A stretch of DNA of 58,645 nt from Clostridia bacterium (GTDB taxonomy: Bacteria > Bacillota > Clostridia > Oscillospirales > CAG-272): assembly GCA_017462605.1 (NCBI GenBank), contig JAFTQV010000002.1, positions 1-58,645 on the forward strand, read 5' to 3'. How positions within the stretch are numbered: the first letter of the stretch is position 1; every line of letters starts with the position of its first letter. The notes beneath the pieces are model-generated. The model ran no database searches, was not told where the DNA came from, and saw nothing but the letters and a program-made list of their open reading frames with translations. Below, piece by piece: positions 1-9,500 of this stretch. A program made the translations under genes and the position numbers.

Positions 1-43
1 GCTTAGGCGACAGCATGGAAACGATGTCCTAAACTTAAAAAAG

Positions 44-75
44 AAAAAAGCCTTGGAACATAATGCTCCAAGGCT
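44..75 (-). terminator. Intrinsic terminator downstream of tRNA-Ser
   Basis: Stem agccttgga/tccaaggct with an A-run on the left (U-tract on the minus strand), directly after the tRNA CCA end. Confidence 0.75.
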
Positions 76-76
76 C

Positions 77-167
77 TGGCGGAGGCAGAGGGATTCGAAC
101 CCCCGTGGGCTTTCAGAACCAAACTGTTTTCAAGACAGCCTCGTTATGACCGCTTCGATATGCCTCC
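77..167 (-). tRNA. tRNA-Ser (anticodon TGA)
   Basis: Reverse complement reads GGAGGCATATCGAAGCGGTCATAACGAGGCTGTC-TTGAAAA-CAG...GGTTCGAATCCCTCTGCCTCCGCCA: acceptor stem, TTCGAAT T-loop, long variable arm, encoded CCA. Confidence 0.95.
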
Positions 168-358
168 GTGTATATTAACTGCTCTCGCAGAAAATAACTT
201 GGTATTCAATTGTCCACTAATGTTTTTGCGGAGTTTCCACTAATTTTTTGGCTTTAGATGTGCCTTTAGATGCTAAAAATTTTTTCCAACTTACAGTCGG
301 CAAAAAGCCAGATACGTCAAGGGATTTCGGCTCTCGGGCGTCCGATATCGGTCAAACA

Positions 359-398
359 TTTCAAGACCGCCTCGTTGTGACCGCTTCGATATTCCTGC
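359..398 (-). repeat. Degenerate copy of the 5' 40 nt of tRNA-Ser (att-like scar)
   Basis: 36/40 identity to 128-167; the match ends in the anticodon loop. Confidence 0.8.
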
Positions 399-567
399 TT
401 ATATATGGTGTGGTTTACTGCACCATATATAAGCAGTCCTGTTTCGAAGTGGCTCGTGAAACTCGTTTCACGAATCCGCTTCGCATACCCCACGAAGATG
501 CATCAAGCTCGCTTGTAAGCAGCAAGTGTGGGTATCCTCGTCAGAGATATTCCTGCATATATGGTGT
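388..567. repeat. Palindrome-rich insert bounded by a roughly 22-bp direct repeat
   Basis: Direct repeat gatattcctgc(tt)atatatggtgt at 388-411 and 546-567; perfect 16-bp inverted repeat at 395-410/421-436; hairpin cgtgaaac-tc-gtttcacg. Confidence 0.6.
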
Positions 568-619
568 TATTCACTACCCCATAAAGGCTCGCCTATAAAA
601 GCAAGCATTCGTGCTTTAG

Positions 620-648
620 ATAATACCATATTTTTATTTAAATGTCAA
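620..648 (-). promoter_or_regulatory. SigA-type promoter pointing toward the tRNA
   Basis: Minus strand TTGACA-17bp-TATTAT with an AT-rich upstream tract. Confidence 0.6.
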
Positions 649-753
649 TACATAAAGTAAAATCTCTTTTTATTAATTTATTTTTAACTGAAATTTACGT
701 TCGTGTATTCGGGCTTTTTTGTCTCATGGGACGTGGCAGCCCATTAATTATGC

Positions 754-1146
754 TTACCGCTCAATCTCGCCTTTCCAATCAAGGATACCGCCAAACTCAA
801 CTATGTTCGTGTATCCGAGCTTTACAAGCTTTTCCGAAGCTTCCTTGCTTCGTCTTCCGCTTCTGCAATATACGAGTATCAGCTGCGACTTATCGGGAAG
901 CTCGGAAATCTCGGCAGTGCCGATATCTTCATTCGGAACGTTTATCGCCCCCGGTATATGACCCTCGGCATATTCATCGGGTCTGCGCACGTCGAGAATT
1001 ATATAGTTTTTCTCATCTTTCATCATCTTCGCTGCCTCGTCCATGCTTATCTGACGATAGCTATTTGCATAACCGCCCGAAGTCCCGCAGGACGAGAGAA
1101 GCATCAGTGAAAGAATAAACGGCAAAAGCCTTCTGATTTTTCTCAT
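754..1146 (-). CDS. Rhodanese-like domain lipoprotein
   Basis: Lipobox LSSC; motifs ILDVR..EY..GHIPGAINVP and YCRSGRRS. Confidence 0.9.
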   Translation of the reverse strand: MRKIRRLLPFILSLMLLSSCGTSGGYANSYRQISMDEAAKMMKDEKNYIILDVRRPDEYAEGHIPGAINVPNEDIGTAEISELPDKSQLILVYCRSGRRSKEASEKLVKLGYTNIVEFGGILDWKGEIER

Positions 1147-1180
1147 AATCGATCTCCGCGATTTTGGATTTCTTTGTTAT

Positions 1181-1633
1181 TTATATAAATTCTAATATTT
1201 CCGCCGCGTTTGTATCCGGCTTAACCTTTGGCATTACCTTTTCTATAATTCCGGTCTCATCAATGATGAAGGTAGTACGAGCGACACCGAAGCTGACCTT
1301 TCCGTAGAGCTTCTTCTCTTGCCACACGCCGTATGCCCCAATTGCCTCAAGCTCGGGGTCGGAAAGCAAGACGAAGGGGAGATTATATTTATCCGCAAAT
1401 TTAACGTGAGAGGCGATACCGTCACGGCTGATTCCGATAACCTCTACTCCTCTTTTTTGAAATTCCGCATATGCTCCTGCAAAGGCGCATGCCTGTCTTG
1501 TACATCCCGGTGTGTTGTCCTTGGGGTAGAAATAAAGCACCACCTTTTTGCCGATAAAGTCTGATAACCTGACGTCATTTCCGTTTTTATCTTTAAGAGT
1601 AAAGTTTGGCGCGCGATCACCTATATTTAGCAT
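1181..1633 (-). CDS. bcp: Thioredoxin-dependent peroxiredoxin (BCP family)
   Basis: LYFYPKDNTPGCTRQAC motif; start moved to MLNIGD (1633), which follows a GGAG RBS. Confidence 0.92.
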   Translation of the reverse strand: MLNIGDRAPNFTLKDKNGNDVRLSDFIGKKVVLYFYPKDNTPGCTRQACAFAGAYAEFQKRGVEVIGISRDGIASHVKFADKYNLPFVLLSDPELEAIGAYGVWQEKKLYGKVSFGVARTTFIIDETGIIEKVMPKVKPDTNAAEILEFI

Positions 1634-1768
1634 TTTTCCGTCTCCTTTTTGTGGTACTGTAAGGTTCTCCATCTAAAAATATTATACCACAAACCGAAGG
1701 AAAATACAAGGCTCTATTCTTTGTTTGAGGCAGTGTAATTTTAGATAGCTTGGAAATGTAAATAAATT

Positions 1769-1815
1769 AACCTGCCTTTTACGTTGACTTCAGGTATCTT
1801 CGTGAAGGGCAGGTT
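1769..1815. terminator. Hairpin terminator downstream of the nucleotidyltransferase gene
   Basis: Inverted repeat aacctgccttttacg / cgtgaagggcaggtt. Confidence 0.55.
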
Positions 1816-1851
1816 GTTCTTTAGGTATAGTGATTTCTTTCGATGATCGAT

Positions 1852-2601
1852 TCAGATCAGCTTTAAGAACAGCGCGTTAAGCGCTTCCCATCCGTGGGGC
1901 TCGGATTCGGGAAGCTCGGATATTGCTTTTTCGACCCTATCCATTTCGCCGAGAAGATATTCGTCGATCCTGCGGAAGCATTTGCCTTCGCCGATCTCGG
2001 GCATCGTCATCTTCATTTTGAGAAGAAGCTCCACGTCCGGCTTGATGCACTCGTCAAGGTACTTATCCATAAGTGTTTTGAAGAGCATAGGTGGCGGCGT
2101 GCCCTCTCCGAGAATCCATTTGCACGCGAGAAGCGGTCTCAGAACGTAGAAATACTTTTTATATCTGACGATCTCTTTGCCGAGATGCACGTGATAATTG
2201 CTTTTTGCGGTGCTGAGGTAGTGATATAAGCCCGACTTCTTGACGAAATGACTTTCGATTGCCCGCGAGACCTCTTTCCACTCATCCGTCGTTTTGTATA
2301 TTATGGGAGAATTATTCCATTCAAAGAGCGTGGGGTTAGATTTATGCAAAAGCCTCAATGCCTTTTGAAGATCCCAGCCGTTGATATCCAGGGTATCATC
2401 AAGCTGCCATTCGATCACGTCCTTCGTCTTATCAAGCCTCAGATAATACTCCTTCGGGCGCGCATAAATAAACCGAACGTCATAGTCGCTATCCGGGGAA
2501 GCGAAGCCCCAGGCTCTGCTGCCCGACTCAACGCAATGGAGTATCCTTACGTTCTCGCGCTCTTCTATTTCCTTAAGCTTTTCCTTGACCGTTTTTAGCA
2601 T
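1852..2601 (-). CDS. Pol-beta superfamily nucleotidyltransferase (YcgL/RlaP-like)
   Basis: ESGSRAWGFASPDSDYDVRFIY (GS...DxD), DINGWDL.KAL, KKYFYVLRPLLAC. Confidence 0.88.
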   Translation of the reverse strand: MLKTVKEKLKEIEERENVRILHCVESGSRAWGFASPDSDYDVRFIYARPKEYYLRLDKTKDVIEWQLDDTLDINGWDLQKALRLLHKSNPTLFEWNNSPIIYKTTDEWKEVSRAIESHFVKKSGLYHYLSTAKSNYHVHLGKEIVRYKKYFYVLRPLLACKWILGEGTPPPMLFKTLMDKYLDECIKPDVELLLKMKMTMPEIGEGKCFRRIDEYLLGEMDRVEKAISELPESEPHGWEALNALFLKLI

Positions 2602-2881
2602 TTTAATCCCCCTTTTGAGTGGTTTTATTTACAATATCACCGTCCGGCATAGAATATCTTCTGTGCTGAACATCTTTTACTGCACATAGTATAACATATC
2701 TTGTTTTGATTTTGCAACACAGCGGCAAAAATAAAATAATAATCTTTTTTCCACGTAACCTTCTTCCGTGATTCAAAGATAACATAAAACAAATTCCAAA
2801 AATACCTTGCCAAAATATCTGCGGTATGCTACAATTATTTTGAAGGGCGGATTGCTGAATTATCATTGAAGGGGGAATTGC

Positions 2882-4144
2882 ATGAACGAAGATTTTCATC
2901 AGAAACTAAAGAGTTGCTTTGCAAGGATCAGAGTTCTTTTTTCCTCTGACACTATTGATAGCAACAAGGTCAATGCCGCCATGGGTGACTTGCGATTTTG
3001 CGCAAAGCGGATCGAAAAGCGCGGCAGCAGAAAAGAGCGAAAAATATTGCTTTACTGCATACATAAGATCTTGCAATTTATTAAAGAAGATAACCGTGAG
3101 AAGATATGCAGCTTCACCGATCTGATATACGCAATGCCTGATATATTCATAGGGAAAAGAAATTTTTATTCTTTCAGAGATGAGATAAAAGCTTTCAACG
3201 AAAGGTTCGGGGAGTCTTGCTTTGAGAACATGAAGAACGTTCAACCGTTTTTCACGAAGAAAGCTCCGAAAAACGCTCTGTCTTACTTTCATCCTGATGC
3301 AGATAAGACCTTCAAGGCGAATTATCCTATCGGCTACGTTGTGCTTGTTATCTGCGGGATATTCGCATTCATTCTTCCCTTGATCGTCTACACGATATAT
3401 CTTTATAGCTTAGGTGAAAACACCGAAACGGGCGGTTGGCCGGTGCTTGCCATTGTCGGTTGCATAATAATGGGTGTTGGTTTATTCAATATTGTTGCCG
3501 CTTTTATAGGTCAATATCTCGGGCATATATTAACCGCTATATGCTTGACCGTTGGGGGAGCTTTCATTTCGCTTTCCGTTTTTATGACTAATCATCCCGA
3601 GCTGTATGATGAAAAATTATCAATTTATTATTTAGTTTCGCTCATTATGCTCTTGATACCGCTTTTATTCTACCCATGGTTTCGTTCGAGCTTAAAATCT
3701 CACTTAAGCCGTTTAAAACGAATAAGCGAATCAAAAATCAACAAATATATGAAAGGAAGTAAGAATTTTTGGTGGTACGAATCTCTGCACAAAGAGGTTG
3801 GATTGGGATTACTGTATTACGTCAACAAAATCTTTACTATCCTCTTCGCTTCAACACTCGTTCTTACCTTGTTTTTGGGATTTATTAAGGATATGTCTTT
3901 GATCCTATGCCCGATGAACGTTATTCTTCACGTTCTGAATGCGTTTATGATTTTGTTTGCCACTACCCGTGATAATCTTGATCGCTACGGCAAGCCTTTT
4001 GTTTTTATCGCAAAAAGGCCAAACGGCGGTATAGATTCTTTTATTTTTGATATTTTTTTGGTGATTTTTTGCTTAATGATAGCATATGTAAACATTCTGC
4101 TCTTTGGAGACGTTTGGGGCATATCGCTGCGCTTTAAGCTATAA
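2882..4144 (+). CDS. Hypothetical multi-pass membrane protein
   Basis: 420-aa ORF after a G-rich RBS; soluble N-terminus of about 145 aa followed by about 7 hydrophobic segments. Confidence 0.75.
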   Translation: MNEDFHQKLKSCFARIRVLFSSDTIDSNKVNAAMGDLRFCAKRIEKRGSRKERKILLYCIHKILQFIKEDNREKICSFTDLIYAMPDIFIGKRNFYSFRDEIKAFNERFGESCFENMKNVQPFFTKKAPKNALSYFHPDADKTFKANYPIGYVVLVICGIFAFILPLIVYTIYLYSLGENTETGGWPVLAIVGCIIMGVGLFNIVAAFIGQYLGHILTAICLTVGGAFISLSVFMTNHPELYDEKLSIYYLVSLIMLLIPLLFYPWFRSSLKSHLSRLKRISESKINKYMKGSKNFWWYESLHKEVGLGLLYYVNKIFTILFASTLVLTLFLGFIKDMSLILCPMNVILHVLNAFMILFATTRDNLDRYGKPFVFIAKRPNGGIDSFIFDIFLVIFCLMIAYVNILLFGDVWGISLRFKL

Positions 4145-4165
4145 ATTTTCATCTTGGTGGAGACG

Positions 4166-4531
4166 ATGACTCGAACAGAATTTGAAAACATAGTTTTGGA
4201 TAGGTACGGCGTTCGGGCAGACTATCCTTTTGAGGACGATCTTGTGACGGGTGTATTCCGCCACACGAGCGGAAAGTGGTTTGCGCTTGCTATGAACATT
4301 TCAGAAGGAAAGCTCGGGCGGAGGGGTTGCGAGCGGATAGAGGTCGTCAATCTTAAGTGCGCGCCCGAGGTCATAGAGTCGCTTATAGGAGAAGAGAAGG
4401 GAATATACCCTGCATATCATATGAATAAAACTCATTGGCTGACGGTCGCGCTTGACGAATGCGATGAGGCTACCGTCTCCTGGCTTCTCGGGATCAGCTA
4501 CGGCTTGACAAGCGGCAAGCGGAATAAATAA
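4166..4531 (+). CDS. MmcQ/YjbR family DNA-binding protein
   Basis: Motifs VFRH..GKWFA, VNLKC.PE, PAYHMNK.HW; ATG at 4166 after GGAG. Confidence 0.88.
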   Translation: MTRTEFENIVLDRYGVRADYPFEDDLVTGVFRHTSGKWFALAMNISEGKLGRRGCERIEVVNLKCAPEVIESLIGEEKGIYPAYHMNKTHWLTVALDECDEATVSWLLGISYGLTSGKRNK

Positions 4532-4545
4532 ATTCGTCCCGACTA

Positions 4546-4574
4546 TTGCAAAATGACCATTCTTGTGCTATACT
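4546..4574 (+). promoter_or_regulatory. SigA-type promoter for pnuC
   Basis: TTGCAA-17bp-TATACT with a TG extension. Confidence 0.6.
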
Positions 4575-4604
4575 TATAAAGAAATCATAATAAAAAGATC
4601 ATCA

Positions 4605-4733
4605 GAAAAGAATGCGAGGGCATCTTTTCAGAAAAAATAAAACTGCCGCCGGGTAGTAAATGCGAAGCATTTGCCATGCGTATCATTAGGCCACAGAAGA
4701 TACGCGGACAAATGCTTCTTTTTTCGGCGTCAG
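4605..4733 (+). promoter_or_regulatory. Structured 5' leader (candidate riboswitch or attenuator) of pnuC
   Basis: Nested stems 4643-51/4725-33, 4664-73/4709-18 followed by T6, and 4677-84/4699-706; alternative hairpin 4656-74. Confidence 0.5.
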
Positions 4734-4769
4734 CCAATATTGATTCAATAAAACTATACGGGAGATCTT

Positions 4770-5486
4770 ATGAAGAAAATTTTCACTGTCTTTACGAAAA
4801 CCGAGCTTGCCATAATGTCAGGCTCGATACTGACTATTCTGATCGCGTTTTTCGCCTTCGGCGGCGAGGGGTATCTTTCGCTTATTGCCTCACTTATAGG
4901 AGCAGTCTCGCTCATGTTCTGCGCTAAGGGAAATCCCTTGGGTCAGGTGCTTATAATTATATTCAGTATCCTTTACGGCATAATATCATTTGAGGTAGGA
5001 TATTACGGCGAAATGATAACATATGTTGGCATGTCTGCGCCAATGGCGGTCTTTGCTCTTATCGCCTGGATAAAGAATCCTGCGGAAAAAGGGAAGTCCG
5101 AGGTCAAGGCTTACCGCTTGACTTTCCGCGATGCTTTGGTAATGATCTTACTTACTCTTGCAGTCACCTTCGCCTTTTATTTTATTCTTAAATTTTTTGG
5201 AACGTCCAATCTGCCCGCAAGCACTCTTTCTGTCACAACGAGCTTTGCCGCAGTCTATCTCACTTATAAAAGAAGCCCCTTTTACGCCCTTGCATACGCC
5301 TTAAACGACGTTGTGCTTATCGCAATGTGGATCTTCGCTATGCGAAGCGATTCGTCCTACGTTTCCGTCGTCACCTGCTTTTTGGTATTCCTGCTCAATG
5401 ATCTTTACGGTTTCTTCTCATGGCAGAGAATGCAAAAAAGGCAGGAAGAGAAGAGCAGAAGGGAGAACGCGGATCAAAGTCTGTGA
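4770..5486 (+). CDS. pnuC: PnuC-family (nicotinamide riboside-type) transporter
   Basis: Seven hydrophobic helices with KGN.LGQ, YYGEMITY, YALNDVVLI and NDLYGF.SW motifs. Confidence 0.85.
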   Translation: MKKIFTVFTKTELAIMSGSILTILIAFFAFGGEGYLSLIASLIGAVSLMFCAKGNPLGQVLIIIFSILYGIISFEVGYYGEMITYVGMSAPMAVFALIAWIKNPAEKGKSEVKAYRLTFRDALVMILLTLAVTFAFYFILKFFGTSNLPASTLSVTTSFAAVYLTYKRSPFYALAYALNDVVLIAMWIFAMRSDSSYVSVVTCFLVFLLNDLYGFFSWQRMQKRQEEKSRRENADQSL

Positions 5487-6295
5487 TCCCTCTTTCTTCT
5501 AAATTCGCCCGGCGTCAATCCTGTCATGGAAGCGAAAACGCGGTGGAAGCTGCGCTCTCCCGAAAATCCGCACTCAACGGCAATATCGGCTACCGTCCTT
5601 TCAGTATGTAAAAGATATAGCTTTGCGTGGTCCGCCCTTATGGAGTTTAAGAGGTATCTGAAATTCATTCCTCTTATCTCACCGAGGCATCTCGATACGT
5701 ATTCGGGATTATAATTCAGCTCCTTTGCAACGCCGACAAGAGAGACCTTTTCCCTAAAATGCTCTCTCATATACGATATGACCTTAAGCGCAGTTGAAAG
5801 AGCGCCGCTCTTCTTTAATACCTTAAATTCGGGAACTGTGCGCGCGTATTCCTCGTGAACGGCGTAAAGGGCAGCCTTGATCATACGGAACTGCTCCCTG
5901 TCGCAGGTGATAAGCTCTTCTTTAGTATCTATCATTCTGCTTTTCAAAAGATTCAGAACCTCATTTGAGGGCGTGAATACGGAGCGACCGGTATTGTAGT
6001 AATATTCCGTGTCCTGCGAGAAGTCTGAAATAAAATCATTTGAAAAAACAGCAAGCCATATATGAGAATAGCTTGGCGTATAAAATCCGTGAAGAGCGAA
6101 GGGCGGCACTATTACGACGTCTCCCGCTCTTGCAGTCTCCTCTTTGCCGTCTTTGCTTACCGTTATTTCCCCGTCAAGAACGAGAAGAAGCTCGGAAAAC
6201 TGATGCAAATGGGAGCGCATCTCATACTTCCCCTTTTTGACAGAAGTGCGGAGAGTTCCCGTAAAGCCAAAATTTGATGATTGTACCGTTATCAT
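5474..6295 (-). CDS. AraC-family transcriptional regulator (cupin + HTH), divergent from giant protein 1
   Basis: SHLHQFSEL cupin; DIAVECGFSGERSFHRVF..TGLTPGEFR. The 3' end overlaps pnuC by 13 bp. Confidence 0.93.
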   Translation of the reverse strand: MITVQSSNFGFTGTLRTSVKKGKYEMRSHLHQFSELLLVLDGEITVSKDGKEETARAGDVVIVPPFALHGFYTPSYSHIWLAVFSNDFISDFSQDTEYYYNTGRSVFTPSNEVLNLLKSRMIDTKEELITCDREQFRMIKAALYAVHEEYARTVPEFKVLKKSGALSTALKVISYMREHFREKVSLVGVAKELNYNPEYVSRCLGEIRGMNFRYLLNSIRADHAKLYLLHTERTVADIAVECGFSGERSFHRVFASMTGLTPGEFRRKRDHRL

Positions 6296-6421
6296 TTTTG
6301 ATTTCCTTGTTAAAAACTATAATTACATCAATGTAATTTTATCATTTATTATCCAATATGTCAATACAGAAGAAGAGAAAAGTCTTCCGTATTTTTTTTA
6401 TTTTTTCTTAAAAACATCAAG

Positions 6422-6479
6422 TTTTGTCAGTTTATAATCAGTAATTGTCATAGTAAAGTTATTATTATAATGATATAAT
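6422..6479 (+). promoter_or_regulatory. Putative AraC operator (TTGTCA direct repeat, 21-bp period) plus extended -10
   Basis: TTGTCA at 6424 and 6445, then TGATATAAT at 6471-79; same layout as 50064-50119. Confidence 0.6.
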
Positions 6480-6520
6480 AGAATTAGCAAATAATTTTCT
6501 TTTAAAGAAAGGAAAAATTT

Positions 6521-9500
6521 ATGAAAAAGAACTTCAACAAAAAGCTGATCGCATCGCTTCTTTGCGTGCTGACGGTGATAGTCTCCGTTCTTACGGTGAC
6601 GGTATTCGCCGATACGCCGACCGATGCGATGACTGCGATCAAAGCCGAATTTGAGGCAGAAGGGAAAAATCTCCTCGTTGGCTCAAAGGTATCTGTGAGC
6701 GACGATGGATACATAGGAATTCCCGTTGAACTTACTACCTATTACGATTTTGCGACTCACGGAGCAGCAAAAGCGGGATACAACGGAACGCCTCTTATGA
6801 TCTACGTTGTCAACACCGGTGTGGAACGCATCGGCGCGAAGACTGACGTTGAGATCATCAAGGGTATGCTTGATGATGGCTACATAGTCGCCGTTCTTGA
6901 CTATAAGAACCACGCGAAGGCTGTCTCCCCCGATCTTGACTGGTCGACTCAGACGATCAGAAAGAATATAATGAACTCAAAGTATTTTAAAGACACATCT
7001 AAGGTTCCCTCGGGTACTTACTATTCAAACTATATCGTTCCCGCAGGATATGACGTTTCTATAAGAAACGTTTTCTGGGAAGCGGATAAGCACGGCGCGG
7101 ACGGTACTCTTGAAAAGATAGTTGAAAACTGGAACACCGACCTTCGCGGCTGGTTTTCTTCAAGCGTAAGAAGCAAGAAAACGTACGTTTACTGGCTTGA
7201 TAACGAGAATAAGCCGAAAAGCACTCAGAAGGGCTTTGACGGCACTGATCCCGTATGGTATGCCGATGCCGAAGGTAAGACCGTGGCTTCTCCCGATACC
7301 GACTCGGACAACGACGGCGTTCCGGACGGAAAATACGTTCACATTCAGCATACGCTCGCAGTCGATATAACCGACTGCGTTGGCAAGGACGGAACTCCGA
7401 TAGATCTTAACCTTTATATGGATATCGTCTATCCCACGACCAAAGAGGGAAGCGAGATAGATCCCGTTCCGATCGCGGTTCTTGCAAACTCCTCGGAATA
7501 TCTTTCGACCGCAAGCACAGGCTCCGGTCTCCGCCCTCAGCACAACGGCTTCCTTTTCAACGGCTATGCGGGCGCATCATTTGATTATCTCTATCAGCCC
7601 ATGGCGCAGTCTGATTACTACGGATATTACGACGGCAGAACAGACCAAGGCGCGCTCACAGGCGACCGTATGAACTACGGACTCCACCTTTATAACGACA
7701 AGAGAATAAATACCGCGGCGATGAGATATCTCAGATACCTCGCCCTTACCGACCCCGATACGTATAGCTTTGATATCACCTCGATAGGCGTATTCGGCAA
7801 CTCCAAGGGCGGTTGGTTCTCCTACCTTGGCGAAGAGATCGTCAAAAATCCTGCAACTCCCACCGAGGGTCAGACTCTTGCTGAGGCTATTGACGCTAAG
7901 ATCAACTCCTATACCTCGAAGAGAATGTTTGAGGGCAGCAACGGAGAGACGAGATACGAAATGGGCAGGGAGACCTACACCAAGCGCGGTGTGACTATCG
8001 ACGGCGGCGAGCTTCAGCCCTGGCTTACTTATACGAAGGACGGCGTTGAGTACGAGATCCCCTCATACGCAAGCTGGACCTACGCATCCAACGGCTCTCA
8101 GCCCGAAGACGTTTCAAAAGGTCACTCCCCTATGTTCATAGCTCTCCACCTTCAGGACGATTTCTCGACCTATGCAAACGCATTTGCAGAGGTTGCGGGC
8201 AATCTTAAGGACGTCCCCTCTTACTACGTTGTGGTCGACCTTGGGCACACCTTTGCATACGGACCCGATTGGTATCACGGATTTGATACGTATCAGGCAA
8301 TGTTTGACTTCGCGGGCTATTATCTTAAGGGCGATGCCGTTAAGGTAGTTTATATCACGCCTATCAATGCAACGGGTAACGTTTCTACAACGAAGGGTAT
8401 TACCTTAAAATTCTCGGGCGCAGTTCCCGCGAGCGAGATCGAAAAGGTAAAGATAACCGCTAAGAGCGGCGCTGCTGCTACGGGTAGCTGGGACTACGTT
8501 GCAGGTATGACCGAATGGACCTTCAGCCCCAACGCTCTTATTCCCGGCGAGGAATATACTATAACCGTCCCCGCGGATATCAAGGGTGACAACAATAAGG
8601 CTATGGGCGCGGCTTACACCGCTACCTTCTATACCGAAGCAGAGACTGTTGCCGACGTTACTACCGTCACCACCGAAAAGGGCACGTACCTCACCTTCAC
8701 AGCTCCCTCTCTTGCATCCGCATCAGATGCGCGCGTAAGATTCAAGGTTGACAACGACGCGGCTAATATCGCGGGACTTTACGCGGTAAGCAACTTCGAT
8801 GCATCGAACCCCGATGCGGCAACCGTCGGCGCTAAGATAGGCACCGTTAATCTTAAGGGCGGCGGATACTACGAGATCGATGCATCGTCGGTTATTTCCG
8901 CAGCATCGGGCAGCGAGCTTACCCTCTTGTTCAAGGCAGAGAAGGCTGAGTCTGAAAACACAAAAACCGCATCTCTTTCGAGCATTTCTCTCGGAGCGTA
9001 TGCAAGAAAGAACGATGAGACTACCGCTCCCGACGGAGTCACCGCGGCTATCGGTCTTTACGTTAATGAAAATATAAGACTGAACGGACAGAATCAGTAC
9101 CCCTACGACGTATTTTACAATAACGGAACAACTCTCTTCACCGCAAGCAACCTCTTCACCTCATCCGCGATCACCACTGCAGACTACGGAAGAAAGTTCA
9201 CGGTATCAATGAGAGTATACGATACGGTTTCAAGACTCATACAGCTCTCGCTCACCCCTGCTTACACGGCAACGAACGGCGTCCACGACTTTGACGTTGA
9301 GCGCCACAACTTCAAGACTGTTGCAGGCGAGTGGACCACACTTACATTTGACTACGTCGTTTACGAGCCGAGCTACGGAGATAAGGCTCTCGCGAAGAAG
9401 GCTCTGACCGTCCTTCTCGGAACAACGGGCGCTTCCGAAAAGCCTGTCTATATCGAAAGCATCAAGGTCACCGAGACGGTTACCGATATGTCGGTCAGCT

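Noticed and set aside
1-36. Short hairpin at the window start
   Set aside because: Truncated; not enough sequence to classify.
455-472. cgtgaaactcgtttcacg as a parS site
   Set aside because: The half-sites are in the wrong order relative to TGTTTCACGTGAAACA.
248-598. 116-aa ORF
   Set aside because: TTG start without an RBS; it reads through the tRNA fragment and palindromes, so it is probably spurious.
4625-4645. preQ1-I riboswitch, suggested by the A-rich tail aaaaaataaaact
   Set aside because: The preceding hairpin loop lacks the preQ1 loop consensus and pseudoknot complement.
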